From Myxococcota bacterium (GTDB lineage: Bacteria; Myxococcota_A; Polyangia; Polyangiales; Houyiibacteriaceae), in the NCBI GenBank assembly GCA_039030515.1, contig JBCCEA010000007.1:1-64000 (forward strand): 64,000 nucleotides of DNA. The letters are read 5' to 3'. The first letter of the stretch is position 1. Each line of letters begins with the position of its first letter. The position numbers and the translations under genes are program-made. The notes beneath the pieces are model-generated. The model was not told the DNA's origin, searched no databases, and saw only the letters and a list, made by a program, of their open reading frames with translations. This document shows, piece by piece, positions 37,031-46,464 of this stretch.

Positions 37031-39154
37031 CTAGTTTCCGTCGATCGCTGCACGGATATCGCTACGGTCTGCGTCCAGCGAAAACACGGGAGGTTGTCCG
37101 ATCGGCGCTTCAACGGTGTGCCAGCCTGGCCCGTCTAGCGCAGTTCCCGAAGGGATGTGGAACCAGGTGCCCGAGGGCAGGTACACGTCACGGGCGGTGG
37201 CTCCCTCTTCGAGTACCGGTGCGACAAGAAGTGAGGGGCCGAGGAGAAACTGATCGTCGATACCCCACGCGACTTGATCTTCTGGATACGCGAGCATCAG
37301 GTGGCGAACGATCGGAGTGGAAGTCTCGGTGGACTCCAGTGCGAGTTGATAAAGCTCATCCCGGATGACGCCATGCACCGTTGCGAAGCGCCGAAAGTGT
37401 TCGATGGTTTCCTCGTCGGAGTTCCAATCCCAGTTTGTTTCACGCCTCAAGCCTTCGTGCGTACGAAAAAACGGGGTAAACGCTGCGAGCTCGGTCCACC
37501 TCAAGAACGCTTCTTTTTCTCTCGGTCCGCCGCTGAATCCTCCGATGTCGTGGGTGACCATCGATACCCCGCTTATCCCGAGGTTGAGCATCGCGGGAAT
37601 CACCGTCGGTAGACCGTCGCTGGTGCTGAAGTCGACTTCTTGATCGCCGATCCAGACGATCTGAGCCACACCTTGCTCGTAGGCCCAGCCCGACCTCGAG
37701 AACATCACCCAGTCCCCGTCCGGGTTTGCTGCCTGAAGGGCGTCCCGAGAAAGCTCATGCCAGTCGCTCGGATATCGGTTGTGGTAGTGGTCTGCGCGTC
37801 TCCCGTCGGAAAGTACGGCATCCGGCGGCAGCCACTCGCCAAAATCAGCCATCCACCCGTCCATTCCCAGGTCGAGGGCCATCCCCTCCAGGAAACTTGA
37901 GACGTAGGCGCGACTCTCCGCGCTTGTGAGGTCCGGATGGCCGGCGGGTCCATTGGGGCTCGTGACAAGCGCCACTTCACCCTCTTCGTTTTTAGCGAGT
38001 AGCCCGCTCGCTTCCATAGCCGGGTAGTGATCTTTGTATGCCTCGACCACAAAGGGATTGGCATACCCGAGAAATCGCGTTCCCCCGGCGTGAAGCTCGG
38101 CGATCATTTCTCGAAGGTTCGGGTACAAGATCTCCTCATCGCTTACCCAGCGGTACTGCACCCCGAAGTTGCCCAGCCCAAACTTGCGCCGTCCGGACCA
38201 GTCTTGCGCCCAGAGCGCGCTGTAGGGAATCCCGGCTTCATCGAGCGCATCGGCCTCGTCGAGAACCGCTTGTCTTCCGCCTTGCACCGCGATCCAGGGT
38301 TCGAATGCCCAAAGGGGCGGGGCACTGGGGCGGCCTAGCGTGGCGCCCAGCTGATCGATCACGTCCATCGGCGTTGGACCGTGAAACACGACGAGCGAAA
38401 GGCGCTGCCCGTCTTCGACTTCAAGCTCGGTGATCTCAGGGTCTGTCTGGCACAGGTCCACTAGGGTTCGCGCGTCGGTATCGATGAGTATTCCGAAACC
38501 CCGAGCGTCGAGCCAATAAGGTACCGGGAAATAGGTTGTGTGCGGGCTGCCCACGATGAACGCTGGATCGGACGAAGAGCTGGTTCGGGTGATGCCCTGT
38601 TCTTCTACCCATAGCGGGAACGCTTCCCCACGTTGATCCGCAGAGTTGTACTGGGCGCCGAATCCAAAAAACGTGGCTTCCGGTTCGCAAACCAAGCCAA
38701 TCTCGAGGCTGTTTGCGACTTCGGAACGCTCGACGAGCCAGGTTAGACGGGTCGAATTGGCAGTGGGTCCAGCTTCGATCGAGAGGGTGCCGCGGGTGCC
38801 CTCTGCGCCTCGGAGCGGCAGCTGGAAGCTCCCGTCGGCCGTTTTTCTCACGCTCGATCCCATGCTGAGCTCGGTGTCCGCCTCGTCCGAACGACGAAAT
38901 CGATAGGAGCCCACGGCGCTGGTGACGGTTTGTTCAAACCGCCTGCTCGTCGGTACGCTTGAAGCCGAGGTTTGCAGGAGTATCCGGTCGCCCACCATAA
39001 GACTCAAAGAGCCGTCTGGATGCACGATCGCCTCGGCATCACCCACTTCAATGCGTGGTTCGGAGTCATCCCCACATGCGATCGTCAAGCTCAGTCCAGC
39101 GAGCACTAGGGTACGGGCGAGGTGGCTTGTTCGCCACAGCTGTTTTTGAAACAC
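37031..39154 (-). CDS. GH31 alpha-glycosidase lipoprotein (YihQ-like clade)
   Basis: Lipobox LTIA|CGDD, WAQDWSG, GWMADFGEW (nucleophile), WIGDQ (acid/base), HDIGG, FRTHEG, DQFLLG. Confidence 0.9.
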   Translation of the reverse strand: MFQKQLWRTSHLARTLVLAGLSLTIACGDDSEPRIEVGDAEAIVHPDGSLSLMVGDRILLQTSASSVPTSRRFEQTVTSAVGSYRFRRSDEADTELSMGSSVRKTADGSFQLPLRGAEGTRGTLSIEAGPTANSTRLTWLVERSEVANSLEIGLVCEPEATFFGFGAQYNSADQRGEAFPLWVEEQGITRTSSSSDPAFIVGSPHTTYFPVPYWLDARGFGILIDTDARTLVDLCQTDPEITELEVEDGQRLSLVVFHGPTPMDVIDQLGATLGRPSAPPLWAFEPWIAVQGGRQAVLDEADALDEAGIPYSALWAQDWSGRRKFGLGNFGVQYRWVSDEEILYPNLREMIAELHAGGTRFLGYANPFVVEAYKDHYPAMEASGLLAKNEEGEVALVTSPNGPAGHPDLTSAESRAYVSSFLEGMALDLGMDGWMADFGEWLPPDAVLSDGRRADHYHNRYPSDWHELSRDALQAANPDGDWVMFSRSGWAYEQGVAQIVWIGDQEVDFSTSDGLPTVIPAMLNLGISGVSMVTHDIGGFSGGPREKEAFLRWTELAAFTPFFRTHEGLRRETNWDWNSDEETIEHFRRFATVHGVIRDELYQLALESTETSTPIVRHLMLAYPEDQVAWGIDDQFLLGPSLLVAPVLEEGATARDVYLPSGTWFHIPSGTALDGPGWHTVEAPIGQPPVFSLDADRSDIRAAIDGN

Positions 39155-39479
39155 CGATAGCCCCTAGCACGGATGATAGCAAAAGGCTCCAATCATACAT
39201 CGTAGACAGAGTTCAACTCGAGAGAAAAACAGAGGCTGGGGGGGCACAGTCTCGTTGAGGCGTGTCGTGGGGGCTCAGTAATCGGTCACGATGTGTTCAG
39301 CCGAGTTGAAGACCGAGATGAATGGTGGGAAGAATTCGCGACCCGACGCCATCGGCGCTTGGCCCCGCGAACATGCCCCTTGTGCAAACAATTCCGGGCG
39401 AGGGGCGAAGAACCCAAGTGCAAGAAGATGAAGATTTATACTTTCAATCCAATTGAGAACCCAACAAGGTGGGCGGGGC

Positions 39480-41606
39480 GTGACTGAAAAACTGGACGAA
39501 CTGAGGATACGCCTGGATCAGATCGATCGCCGCATCGTTGATTCACTGGCGGAGCGCCAGGCGGTGGTGGGGGAAGTAGCGAAGGTCAAGGTCGACGGGG
39601 CGACCGTGCTGCGCGATCCAAAGAGAGAAGAGCAGTTGCTGCGCGCGCTGTCCGAGTACGGCAAGAACGCTGGAGTCGATCGACATTTCGTAAGACGTCT
39701 GTATCGAGAAATACTCGACCACTCTTTGCGGAGTCAGCAGGTGCACCTTTCCGGAGGAGATCGGGCTTCCGAGCGGACTACGGTCGTGGTGGCCTATCAG
39801 GGCGGGGAGGGGTCCTACAGTCACCTTGCAGCGACTCGACACTTCGAAGTCCATCCAGCGAACGTCGTTTATGAGGGAAAAAAGAGTTTCGACTCTATGC
39901 TGCAGTCGGTCACCGAGGGGGAGAGTGACTTTGCGATACTGCCTATTGAAAATACGACCGCTGGTTCTATCAATGAAAGCTACGATTTACTGGCTCGAAT
40001 GAACTTGGTCATCGTCGGTGAGGAAATACAGCGTGTAGATCACTGCTTGCTGGCCATCGATGAGGTCCCCCTAAGTCATATTCGCCGAGTGTACTCGCAT
40101 CCCGTCGCGCTCGCGCAATGTGGTGGCTTTCTGAGCGCACTGAGGGAGTGTCATGTCGAAGCCTTCAACGACACCGCATTGTCGGCAGCAAAGATCAAGG
40201 AAGATCGCGACCTGTCTCAGGCTGCGATCGCCAGTGCGGAAGCTGCTCGTCTTTACGACCTAAAGATACTGCGAACCCATATCGCCGACCAAAAAGAGAA
40301 CTACACTCGAATGGTCGTTGTGTCTCGGGACCCCATCGAATTGGACCCTAGAATTCCAGCGAAGACCTCCTTGCTCTTTGCGACGCGTCACGAACACGGT
40401 GCCTTGGCCAGCTGCCTGAACATCCTGCACGAGCATGGTCTCAATATGACAAAGCTCGAGTCTCGGCCGAGACCAAATACCCCTTGGGAGTATATCTTCT
40501 ACGTGGATTTTGAAGGCAGGCTTGACGGAGTCGGCACAGGCTCAGCACTGCAGTCGCTATCCTCCGCGACTGGTTTCCTCAAGGTCCTCGGAACCTATCC
40601 GAGCCGAATTCCGAAAGAGTCCGAACCGGCAGCGATTTTCGCGCAGTCCGAGTCTCCGGAGTCGAGCTCTGCGCCGCGATCAGGGCCCGCGGCTACGCGC
40701 GCTGCGCCGGCTCGCGATGGTGGTTCCATCCGAGTCAAGGCAGGATCTCCTCGAGCTGAAGAGGGTGAGGCGCGAATCCCCGTGACCAAGCAGCCGTACC
40801 GGCTTGCCTCTCGAGTGACGCGTCTGAAAGACACTTTGATTCGATTCGGAGATGTCGAACTCGGTGGCGATGTGCCTGTGGTGATCGCGGGACCTTGCGC
40901 CGTCGAGTCCCGCGAACAGATTCAGAACTGCGCTCGAGAAGTAAAGGAACAAGGTGGCGCCATGTTGCGCGGAGGCTGCTTTAAACCGCGCACGTCCCCC
41001 TACAGCTTTCAAGGTCTAGGCTTTGAGGCACTGGATCTGCTGGAAGAAGCCGGTCGCGAATTCGGGCTGCCGATCGTCACCGAGGTACTGCACCCTGCCG
41101 ACGTGGCTCGGGTCGCCCACCAAGCGGATTTTCTCCAGATAGGCGCCCGCAATATGCAGAACTTCGCATTGCTGAAAGAAGTCGGCAGGATCGATCGACC
41201 GGTGATGCTCAAGCGTGGTCTGACCGCAACGGTGGACGAATGGTTGCAAGCAGCGGAGTACATCTTGGCTCAGGGCAATCAGAGGGTCGTTCTCTGCGAA
41301 AGAGGGATTCGGACCTTCGAACAGGCAACCCGGAACACGCTCGATCTATCGGCAGTGGTGGTCGCGAGGGAGCGCACCCATCTGCCGATCGTGGTCGATC
41401 CGAGTCACGCAGTGGGGGTCAGGCGCTGGATTCCCACTATGGCGGAGGCCTCTTTGGCGGTAGGAGCTCACGGAGTGATGCTTGAAATTCATCCGGATCC
41501 GAACTCCGCACTCAGTGATGGGCCTCAGGCGCTCACCTTTCAGGACTTCGAGTCGCTGATGAAGCGTTTGCCGTACTGCGTTCCGCCTGCGGCCAGCCTC
41601 GGTTAG
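39480..41606 (+). CDS. pheA-aroF: Trifunctional chorismate mutase / prephenate dehydratase-ACT / type I-beta DAHP synthase
   Basis: Aro[13 protein letters not shown]...[51 protein letters not shown] synthase [38 protein letters not shown]. Confidence 0.93.
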   Translation: MTEKLDELRIRLDQIDRRIVDSLAERQAVVGEVAKVKVDGATVLRDPKREEQLLRALSEYGKNAGVDRHFVRRLYREILDHSLRSQQVHLSGGDRASERTTVVVAYQGGEGSYSHLAATRHFEVHPANVVYEGKKSFDSMLQSVTEGESDFAILPIENTTAGSINESYDLLARMNLVIVGEEIQRVDHCLLAIDEVPLSHIRRVYSHPVALAQCGGFLSALRECHVEAFNDTALSAAKIKEDRDLSQAAIASAEAARLYDLKILRTHIADQKENYTRMVVVSRDPIELDPRIPAKTSLLFATRHEHGALASCLNILHEHGLNMTKLESRPRPNTPWEYIFYVDFEGRLDGVGTGSALQSLSSATGFLKVLGTYPSRIPKESEPAAIFAQSESPESSSAPRSGPAATRAAPARDGGSIRVKAGSPRAEEGEARIPVTKQPYRLASRVTRLKDTLIRFGDVELGGDVPVVIAGPCAVESREQIQNCAREVKEQGGAMLRGGCFKPRTSPYSFQGLGFEALDLLEEAGREFGLPIVTEVLHPADVARVAHQADFLQIGARNMQNFALLKEVGRIDRPVMLKRGLTATVDEWLQAAEYILAQGNQRVVLCERGIRTFEQATRNTLDLSAVVVARERTHLPIVVDPSHAVGVRRWIPTMAEASLAVGAHGVMLEIHPDPNSALSDGPQALTFQDFESLMKRLPYCVPPAASLG

Positions 41607-41645
41607 GCCGGGTGCTGCGGCAGCCTCGGTTAGGCCGGGTGCTGC
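41594..41645. repeat. 27-bp direct duplication spanning the stop codon of the pheA-aroF fusion
   Basis: CAGCCTCGGTTAGGCCGGGTGCTGC at 41594 and 41621. Confidence 0.9.
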
Positions 41646-41667
41646 AGCTTGGCGCGTTTGCAACCTT

Positions 41668-44001
41668 TCAAGCTCGGTCTTTTTGATCACCCTGTGCGGC
41701 GACACTGCCGATCTTCTGTGCGTCTTCCACCCGTCCCAGAGCGCTATAGCAGCGAGCGAGCGCCGCAAGGGACGCATGCTCTCCCCGGCGGTCCCCATCG
41801 CGTCTTGCGCTGCAGAGTGCCTTTAGGCCCAGCCGGACGGCTCGGGGGTAGTCTCCCGAGCTCAAAACTACGAGAGCTTTTGCAAGATAATCTGAAGTCG
41901 CCTTCGGTGTTGCTCCCTCGCTGGTAGCGTTTGAGGCGAGTACCCTTTGGGCTGCGGCTAATTCACCGCGGGCGAGATACGACATGGCTCGAAGTCTACT
42001 TATGGCGACAAGGTTTCGTCCTTCCGCCGTGGCAACGTCCATGTGTCGGTCAAAACCGTCAAAATCCCCGCTCATCAGATAGTGCACCGCGCGATGCGGT
42101 AGCGCCCTTTTTCTGGTTTCGGCCGGTGGAGACAACCCAGTCGCGCGCTCGGCGGGCCTCTCCGAATGAACTGCGTTTGGAAACGGTCTCGGCGTGGGGG
42201 AAGGGACTTTGATCGACTGTGAGATTTGCTGCGCTGTATTTCGAGTCGTCTCGCTCGAGTCGAGTTGCACGGACGCTGCAGCCAGTCGGACGCTGCAACG
42301 CTGAAAGTCCATCTCGGCGGCAAGCTGGCTCGCGGACAAAAAATCACGAACGGACTCCTCGATGAGTCCTGCTTCAGCCAAGTAGTGACCGCGCAGCGCT
42401 TGAGCAAAGGACGCCTCGGTAGACACGTTCATTTCCGCAGCGATAAATCTGTTCAGCTCTGCGCGCCGTGCGGGCTGCAAGGCCGATCGAGAGGTCGTCC
42501 GAATCAGTTCGTGATCGGGCAGTGGGACTGTAGAGGATTGCAGAAACGCCTCGGCGCCAAGCCGCGTTACTGCGTTCATCAGTTGATTTTCGCCGATGCC
42601 GTCACGTGCCGCTACTGCAGCAACCATCGGCATGGGACTGCCTCCTGGGAGAAGGCAGATGATGTCGAGCACACGTCGAAGAATATCGTCGAGGCTATGT
42701 AGCCTTTCCTTTGTCAGCAGCTCGACGCCGACGGTGTGCTCGGTGCTGCGGGGGGTGATTCGCCATCGAAAGCCTTCTGCGTCAGGAACGAGTTCTCCCG
42801 CGGCAACCATGGCTCGCGCCGCTTCGACAACCCCAAGAGGAGTTCCGTTGCCGAGCAAAGCGATGCGCCTAGGTACATCCCCATCCTTAGGACAACTGAG
42901 CACGTGGGCTGCGATCTCCCGAGCTTCAGTCGATTTCAACTGCGGTAGCGTAATTTCAACCAGATGCTCGACCGAAAGTGCCGCTGGAGTGCGGGTGTTC
43001 TGCGGCAGGCGGGCGATGAGCGAACAGGGAATATCCCGGCTCCTCAATAGGGCACCCACGAGATTTAGGGTGCCGGGATCGATCAAAGCGCACGGGCTTA
43101 GTATGAGCCAAAGGGGCCCCTGTTCACCGAGTCTTGAAACCAACATTCGGAATGCATCGATGGCTTCGGTACGCGTTACCGCGGCTCCGCTCGCGATGCG
43201 CTTGAGTATCGGTTCGTGCGGATGTCCCAACTGCTCCAGCGCTTTATCGATCGAGGCCCCTTGCCTCAGCAGCATCATGCGCAGGCTGCCGAGAGGAGCG
43301 AGCCCTCCCGGAACATCCTCTAGAAAAAGTGCGTGTGCGGGTGGATACCGCTGCAGCATCAAGCGGATCCATTCGTCTCCTCCCGCGGCTACGTCGCCAC
43401 GGAGCAGCACTCGGGTTTCCAGTCGCTTGGAACATCGGTCTTCAACCGATGCCAGTACTGCCTGCACGCTTGAAGACACCGGTGCCGGTCTGAGGTTGGC
43501 GAGCGTGAGACGGCAATGAGCTCGGTGGGGTTGGTTTCGATCGACAGCGTGACCTTTGAGTGGAGCGGCGCCTGCGGAAACCTGGCGTTCGAATAAGAAG
43601 TGGGTGGAGGCAGCGTTTCGCGCATCGGCGTCGAGCACCAACTCTCCTGGTCTTGCCCGGTTTGCGAGCAGCTGGGCTCGGTCAAGTGCGGCTCCAAGCA
43701 GGTTTTCTTCGTCTGATAGAAGCTCTCCCCTGGCCACACCGATCGCGATCCGCAAGGGGAGGACGCCAGCCGTGGTTTCATCCGCTTGTTTTAGAATCTT
43801 TAGCGCTGCGTCGAGTGCAGGCCGAACGTCGATAGGCTCAAAGAGGGCGACAAGAGACCCGCCGAACTGCATCGCAATCGTGCCTCCGACTCGGGTGAAC
43901 GTTTCATCCACCGACTGCATCCACGCCCGGCTTCGCTCCTGAGCCTCGAAGTCGTCGCGGGATGGCGGCACAGTCCGGTGCCAAAACACGATGCACTCCA
44001 T
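41668..44001 (-). CDS. Degenerate class III nucleotide cyclase plus degenerate STAND-like NTPase and helical repeats
   Basis: GGTIAMQFGGSLVALF, LRIAIGVARGE and ARPGELVLD resemble cyclase motifs without the catalytic residues. LRGDVAAGGD sits at the Walker A position, followed by GNGTPLGV and a C-terminal TPR-like region. Confidence 0.65.
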   Translation of the reverse strand: MECIVFWHRTVPPSRDDFEAQERSRAWMQSVDETFTRVGGTIAMQFGGSLVALFEPIDVRPALDAALKILKQADETTAGVLPLRIAIGVARGELLSDEENLLGAALDRAQLLANRARPGELVLDADARNAASTHFLFERQVSAGAAPLKGHAVDRNQPHRAHCRLTLANLRPAPVSSSVQAVLASVEDRCSKRLETRVLLRGDVAAGGDEWIRLMLQRYPPAHALFLEDVPGGLAPLGSLRMMLLRQGASIDKALEQLGHPHEPILKRIASGAAVTRTEAIDAFRMLVSRLGEQGPLWLILSPCALIDPGTLNLVGALLRSRDIPCSLIARLPQNTRTPAALSVEHLVEITLPQLKSTEAREIAAHVLSCPKDGDVPRRIALLGNGTPLGVVEAARAMVAAGELVPDAEGFRWRITPRSTEHTVGVELLTKERLHSLDDILRRVLDIICLLPGGSPMPMVAAVAARDGIGENQLMNAVTRLGAEAFLQSSTVPLPDHELIRTTSRSALQPARRAELNRFIAAEMNVSTEASFAQALRGHYLAEAGLIEESVRDFLSASQLAAEMDFQRCSVRLAAASVQLDSSETTRNTAQQISQSIKVPSPTPRPFPNAVHSERPAERATGLSPPAETRKRALPHRAVHYLMSGDFDGFDRHMDVATAEGRNLVAISRLRAMSYLARGELAAAQRVLASNATSEGATPKATSDYLAKALVVLSSGDYPRAVRLGLKALCSARRDGDRRGEHASLAALARCYSALGRVEDAQKIGSVAAQGDQKDRA

Positions 44002-44227
44002 AGCGACTTCAGACCGGGTCCGTAGTAAGATTTACGGCAGCAAAGCTCACGGCTGAACTGCATGCGGAGTCCACGGTCAGATCGAGCGGATCCACGGAGC
44101 GCCGGCGACCCTTTACGCGGGCTTCGAGCTGCTTGAGCACCCGCAGACCCTAGCAGTTTCTCGACCCCCTCGAAGGTTTGTTTGCGATTCTCGACAGCAT
44201 CACCCGTTCCATGATACCCATGCCTCC

Positions 44228-45196
44228 ATGCTTCGTGGAGCTCGGGTGCTGATCACCGGCGGTGCTGGCTTTATCGGAACCGCCCTGTGTAAGCGACTTG
44301 CCGACGACAACCAGATTCGCATTCTGGATATTCTCAGGCGCAATGCCTTGGCGCAAGCCGGGATGGACCAGCACCCTCATGTCGAGCTGCGGGTCGGAGA
44401 TGTCCTCGATGAAGAGGAGGTCCGTAGTGCCGTAGAGGACGTCGACTATGTGATCCACATGGCGTCGATAGCCGGGGTAGACACGGTACTGAAAAACCCA
44501 GTGCAGACGATGGAGATCTCACTGCTCGGAACCACCAACCTCCTCCGTGCGTCCCGTGAACAAGGAACCATTAAACGCTTCATAGACTTTTCGACCAGTG
44601 AGGTCTTCGGCTCCTACGCGTTTCGCGTTCGTGAAGCAGATGTGACGTCGCTCGGAGCTGTGGGCGAAGCCCGCTGGACCTACGCGGTCAGTAAGCTGGC
44701 TACCGAGCACCTTGCCCACAACTACTGGAAGCAACACGGATTGCCTGCATGTTCGATACGGCCTTTCAACATATTCGGGCCTGGTCAGGTCGGTGAAGGG
44801 GCGATCCATGCCTTTGTCGTCAAGGCGCTCGCTTCAGAGCCGATGTTGATTCACAACCATGGCGATCAGATTCGAGCCTGGTGCTACATCGACGATATCG
44901 TAGACAGTATTGTCCTCGCGATGACCCAAGACCAGGCGGTCGGGCAGGCGTTCAATATCGGCAATCCTCGAAGTACGGTGACGGTCTATCAGCTGGCTCG
45001 TCTGGTTCGTCATCTGGCAAAAAGTGAATCTCCAATCCAGTTCGTCGAATGGAACTCCGCCGACGTCGAGCTTCGCGTTCCCGACGTGCGCAAAGCGGAA
45101 CGTCTGCTCGGATTTCGCGCCAAGATCGATCTGGAAGAGGGTTTGTTGCGAACCATCGATTGGTATCGCAGCGCAGGACTGCCGTCTGTTCCTTGA
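44228..45196 (+). CDS. NAD-dependent nucleotide-sugar epimerase/dehydratase (extended SDR)
   Basis: ITGGAGFIG, STSEVFG, YAVSK (YxxxK), RPFNIFGPGQ, FNIGN. Confidence 0.93.
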   Translation: MLRGARVLITGGAGFIGTALCKRLADDNQIRILDILRRNALAQAGMDQHPHVELRVGDVLDEEEVRSAVEDVDYVIHMASIAGVDTVLKNPVQTMEISLLGTTNLLRASREQGTIKRFIDFSTSEVFGSYAFRVREADVTSLGAVGEARWTYAVSKLATEHLAHNYWKQHGLPACSIRPFNIFGPGQVGEGAIHAFVVKALASEPMLIHNHGDQIRAWCYIDDIVDSIVLAMTQDQAVGQAFNIGNPRSTVTVYQLARLVRHLAKSESPIQFVEWNSADVELRVPDVRKAERLLGFRAKIDLEEGLLRTIDWYRSAGLPSVP

Positions 45197-46464
45197 CCGA
45201 TCCGCATCGTCATAGAAGAAATGAAGACCGTGGCGAAAAAGAAGTGGAACCTGTGGAACCTATCGCTCCGTGTGTGATTTCCCTCGACGGCATGTACGCA
45301 GAGGACTGGTTTGAAGAGCTCGGTCATAGCTCACCCGGCTTTGACCAGCTTTGCGAGCTTATCGGCGAAAAGTTTGTTGCATTTTCTATCCTCACTGGGG
45401 TGCACGTCACGTCCCTAACCGTAGATCGTCAGCAGCCAGAAGCGTCTCGCGTCGATTTTCGCATCGGTGAGTCTCGCGACGAGCATCGGCTGTCTCTGGG
45501 CGAGTTCCGCCGACGACTTGCCGCCAGTTTGCTCTCTGATGAGGAGTTTCTGACGGAGCTGAGTGATCCTTCCGACCCAGGCCAGCTTCAGGCCTACATC
45601 GGATACCGCTACGTCCTTTTGGCTCCAGTTTTCGGGATGCATCTGCACTATCTTGTGTTCCCTGCGGGCGGAGCCGAAGCCCGGCTCGGGATGGATGTGG
45701 ATTCTGTGGACGGTGATGTCTCGCTGTCTGAGTTTCGCGAGATGATTCGAGATCAAGTTCGATCGGAGCTAGATGACAGCAGTTCAGGTAGCTCGTTCGC
45801 CATCGATCTGGATGCGATTCCCCCAGCCGAGCGTGCGGCTGCCGAGGAAGATTGGGATCGCGTGATCGATTGCTTGGGCGCGTGGCCAGGTCCACTCTCG
45901 TTGTTGCTTCGCACGTCGGATGGCCAGTCTCTTTCGGTCGATGTCCGAAGGTTGCTCGCGGGAGCTCTTGGACTTTTGGGGACGGCCTATGCCCGCACCG
46001 CGCGTTTCGATTGGGCAGAGGAAGTGATGCGCTTGGGTATTCAGTGGAGCCAAGACGATGTCGTTTCAGGCGACTTGTTTCAACGCCTGGCCGACGCCAA
46101 CGCCCGCAGTGGACGTCACGGTCAGGCGATCGGATTGTTTCGCCGCGCCCTTTCGCTCGGCGCGCCGCCCGCAGTGGTCTTGCCCGGACTCGCGCGATGC
46201 TATGCGGTGCGGGGAAAAGCTGTCGCGGCGATCGTATGTGCGGAGGAAGCCTTCGAAGCAGGGGTAGAGGATGCGGAACTCACCTCCGAGCTTTCGGCCT
46301 GGAAGGCGACACTGGGAAGCTCCTGGGACCGCTTTCGGCAGCTTGTCCCAGCAGGTGCTGCACCGGTCGGCGCGGTATCTAACGGTGCAGCGAGTGACTC
46401 CGTACTTGGTGCAGCGAGCGACTCTGTACCTCCGGACTCTGTACCTCCAACTTGCGGGACCTAG
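45193..46464 (+). CDS. Hypothetical protein with C-terminal TPR repeats
   Basis: TTGA overlap with the upstream stop. TPR-like AIGLFRRALSLG and LARCYAVRG, with a repetitive DSVPP tail. Confidence 0.8.
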   Translation: MTDPHRHRRNEDRGEKEVEPVEPIAPCVISLDGMYAEDWFEELGHSSPGFDQLCELIGEKFVAFSILTGVHVTSLTVDRQQPEASRVDFRIGESRDEHRLSLGEFRRRLAASLLSDEEFLTELSDPSDPGQLQAYIGYRYVLLAPVFGMHLHYLVFPAGGAEARLGMDVDSVDGDVSLSEFREMIRDQVRSELDDSSSGSSFAIDLDAIPPAERAAAEEDWDRVIDCLGAWPGPLSLLLRTSDGQSLSVDVRRLLAGALGLLGTAYARTARFDWAEEVMRLGIQWSQDDVVSGDLFQRLADANARSGRHGQAIGLFRRALSLGAPPAVVLPGLARCYAVRGKAVAAIVCAEEAFEAGVEDAELTSELSAWKATLGSSWDRFRQLVPAGAAPVGAVSNGAASDSVLGAASDSVPPDSVPPTCGT

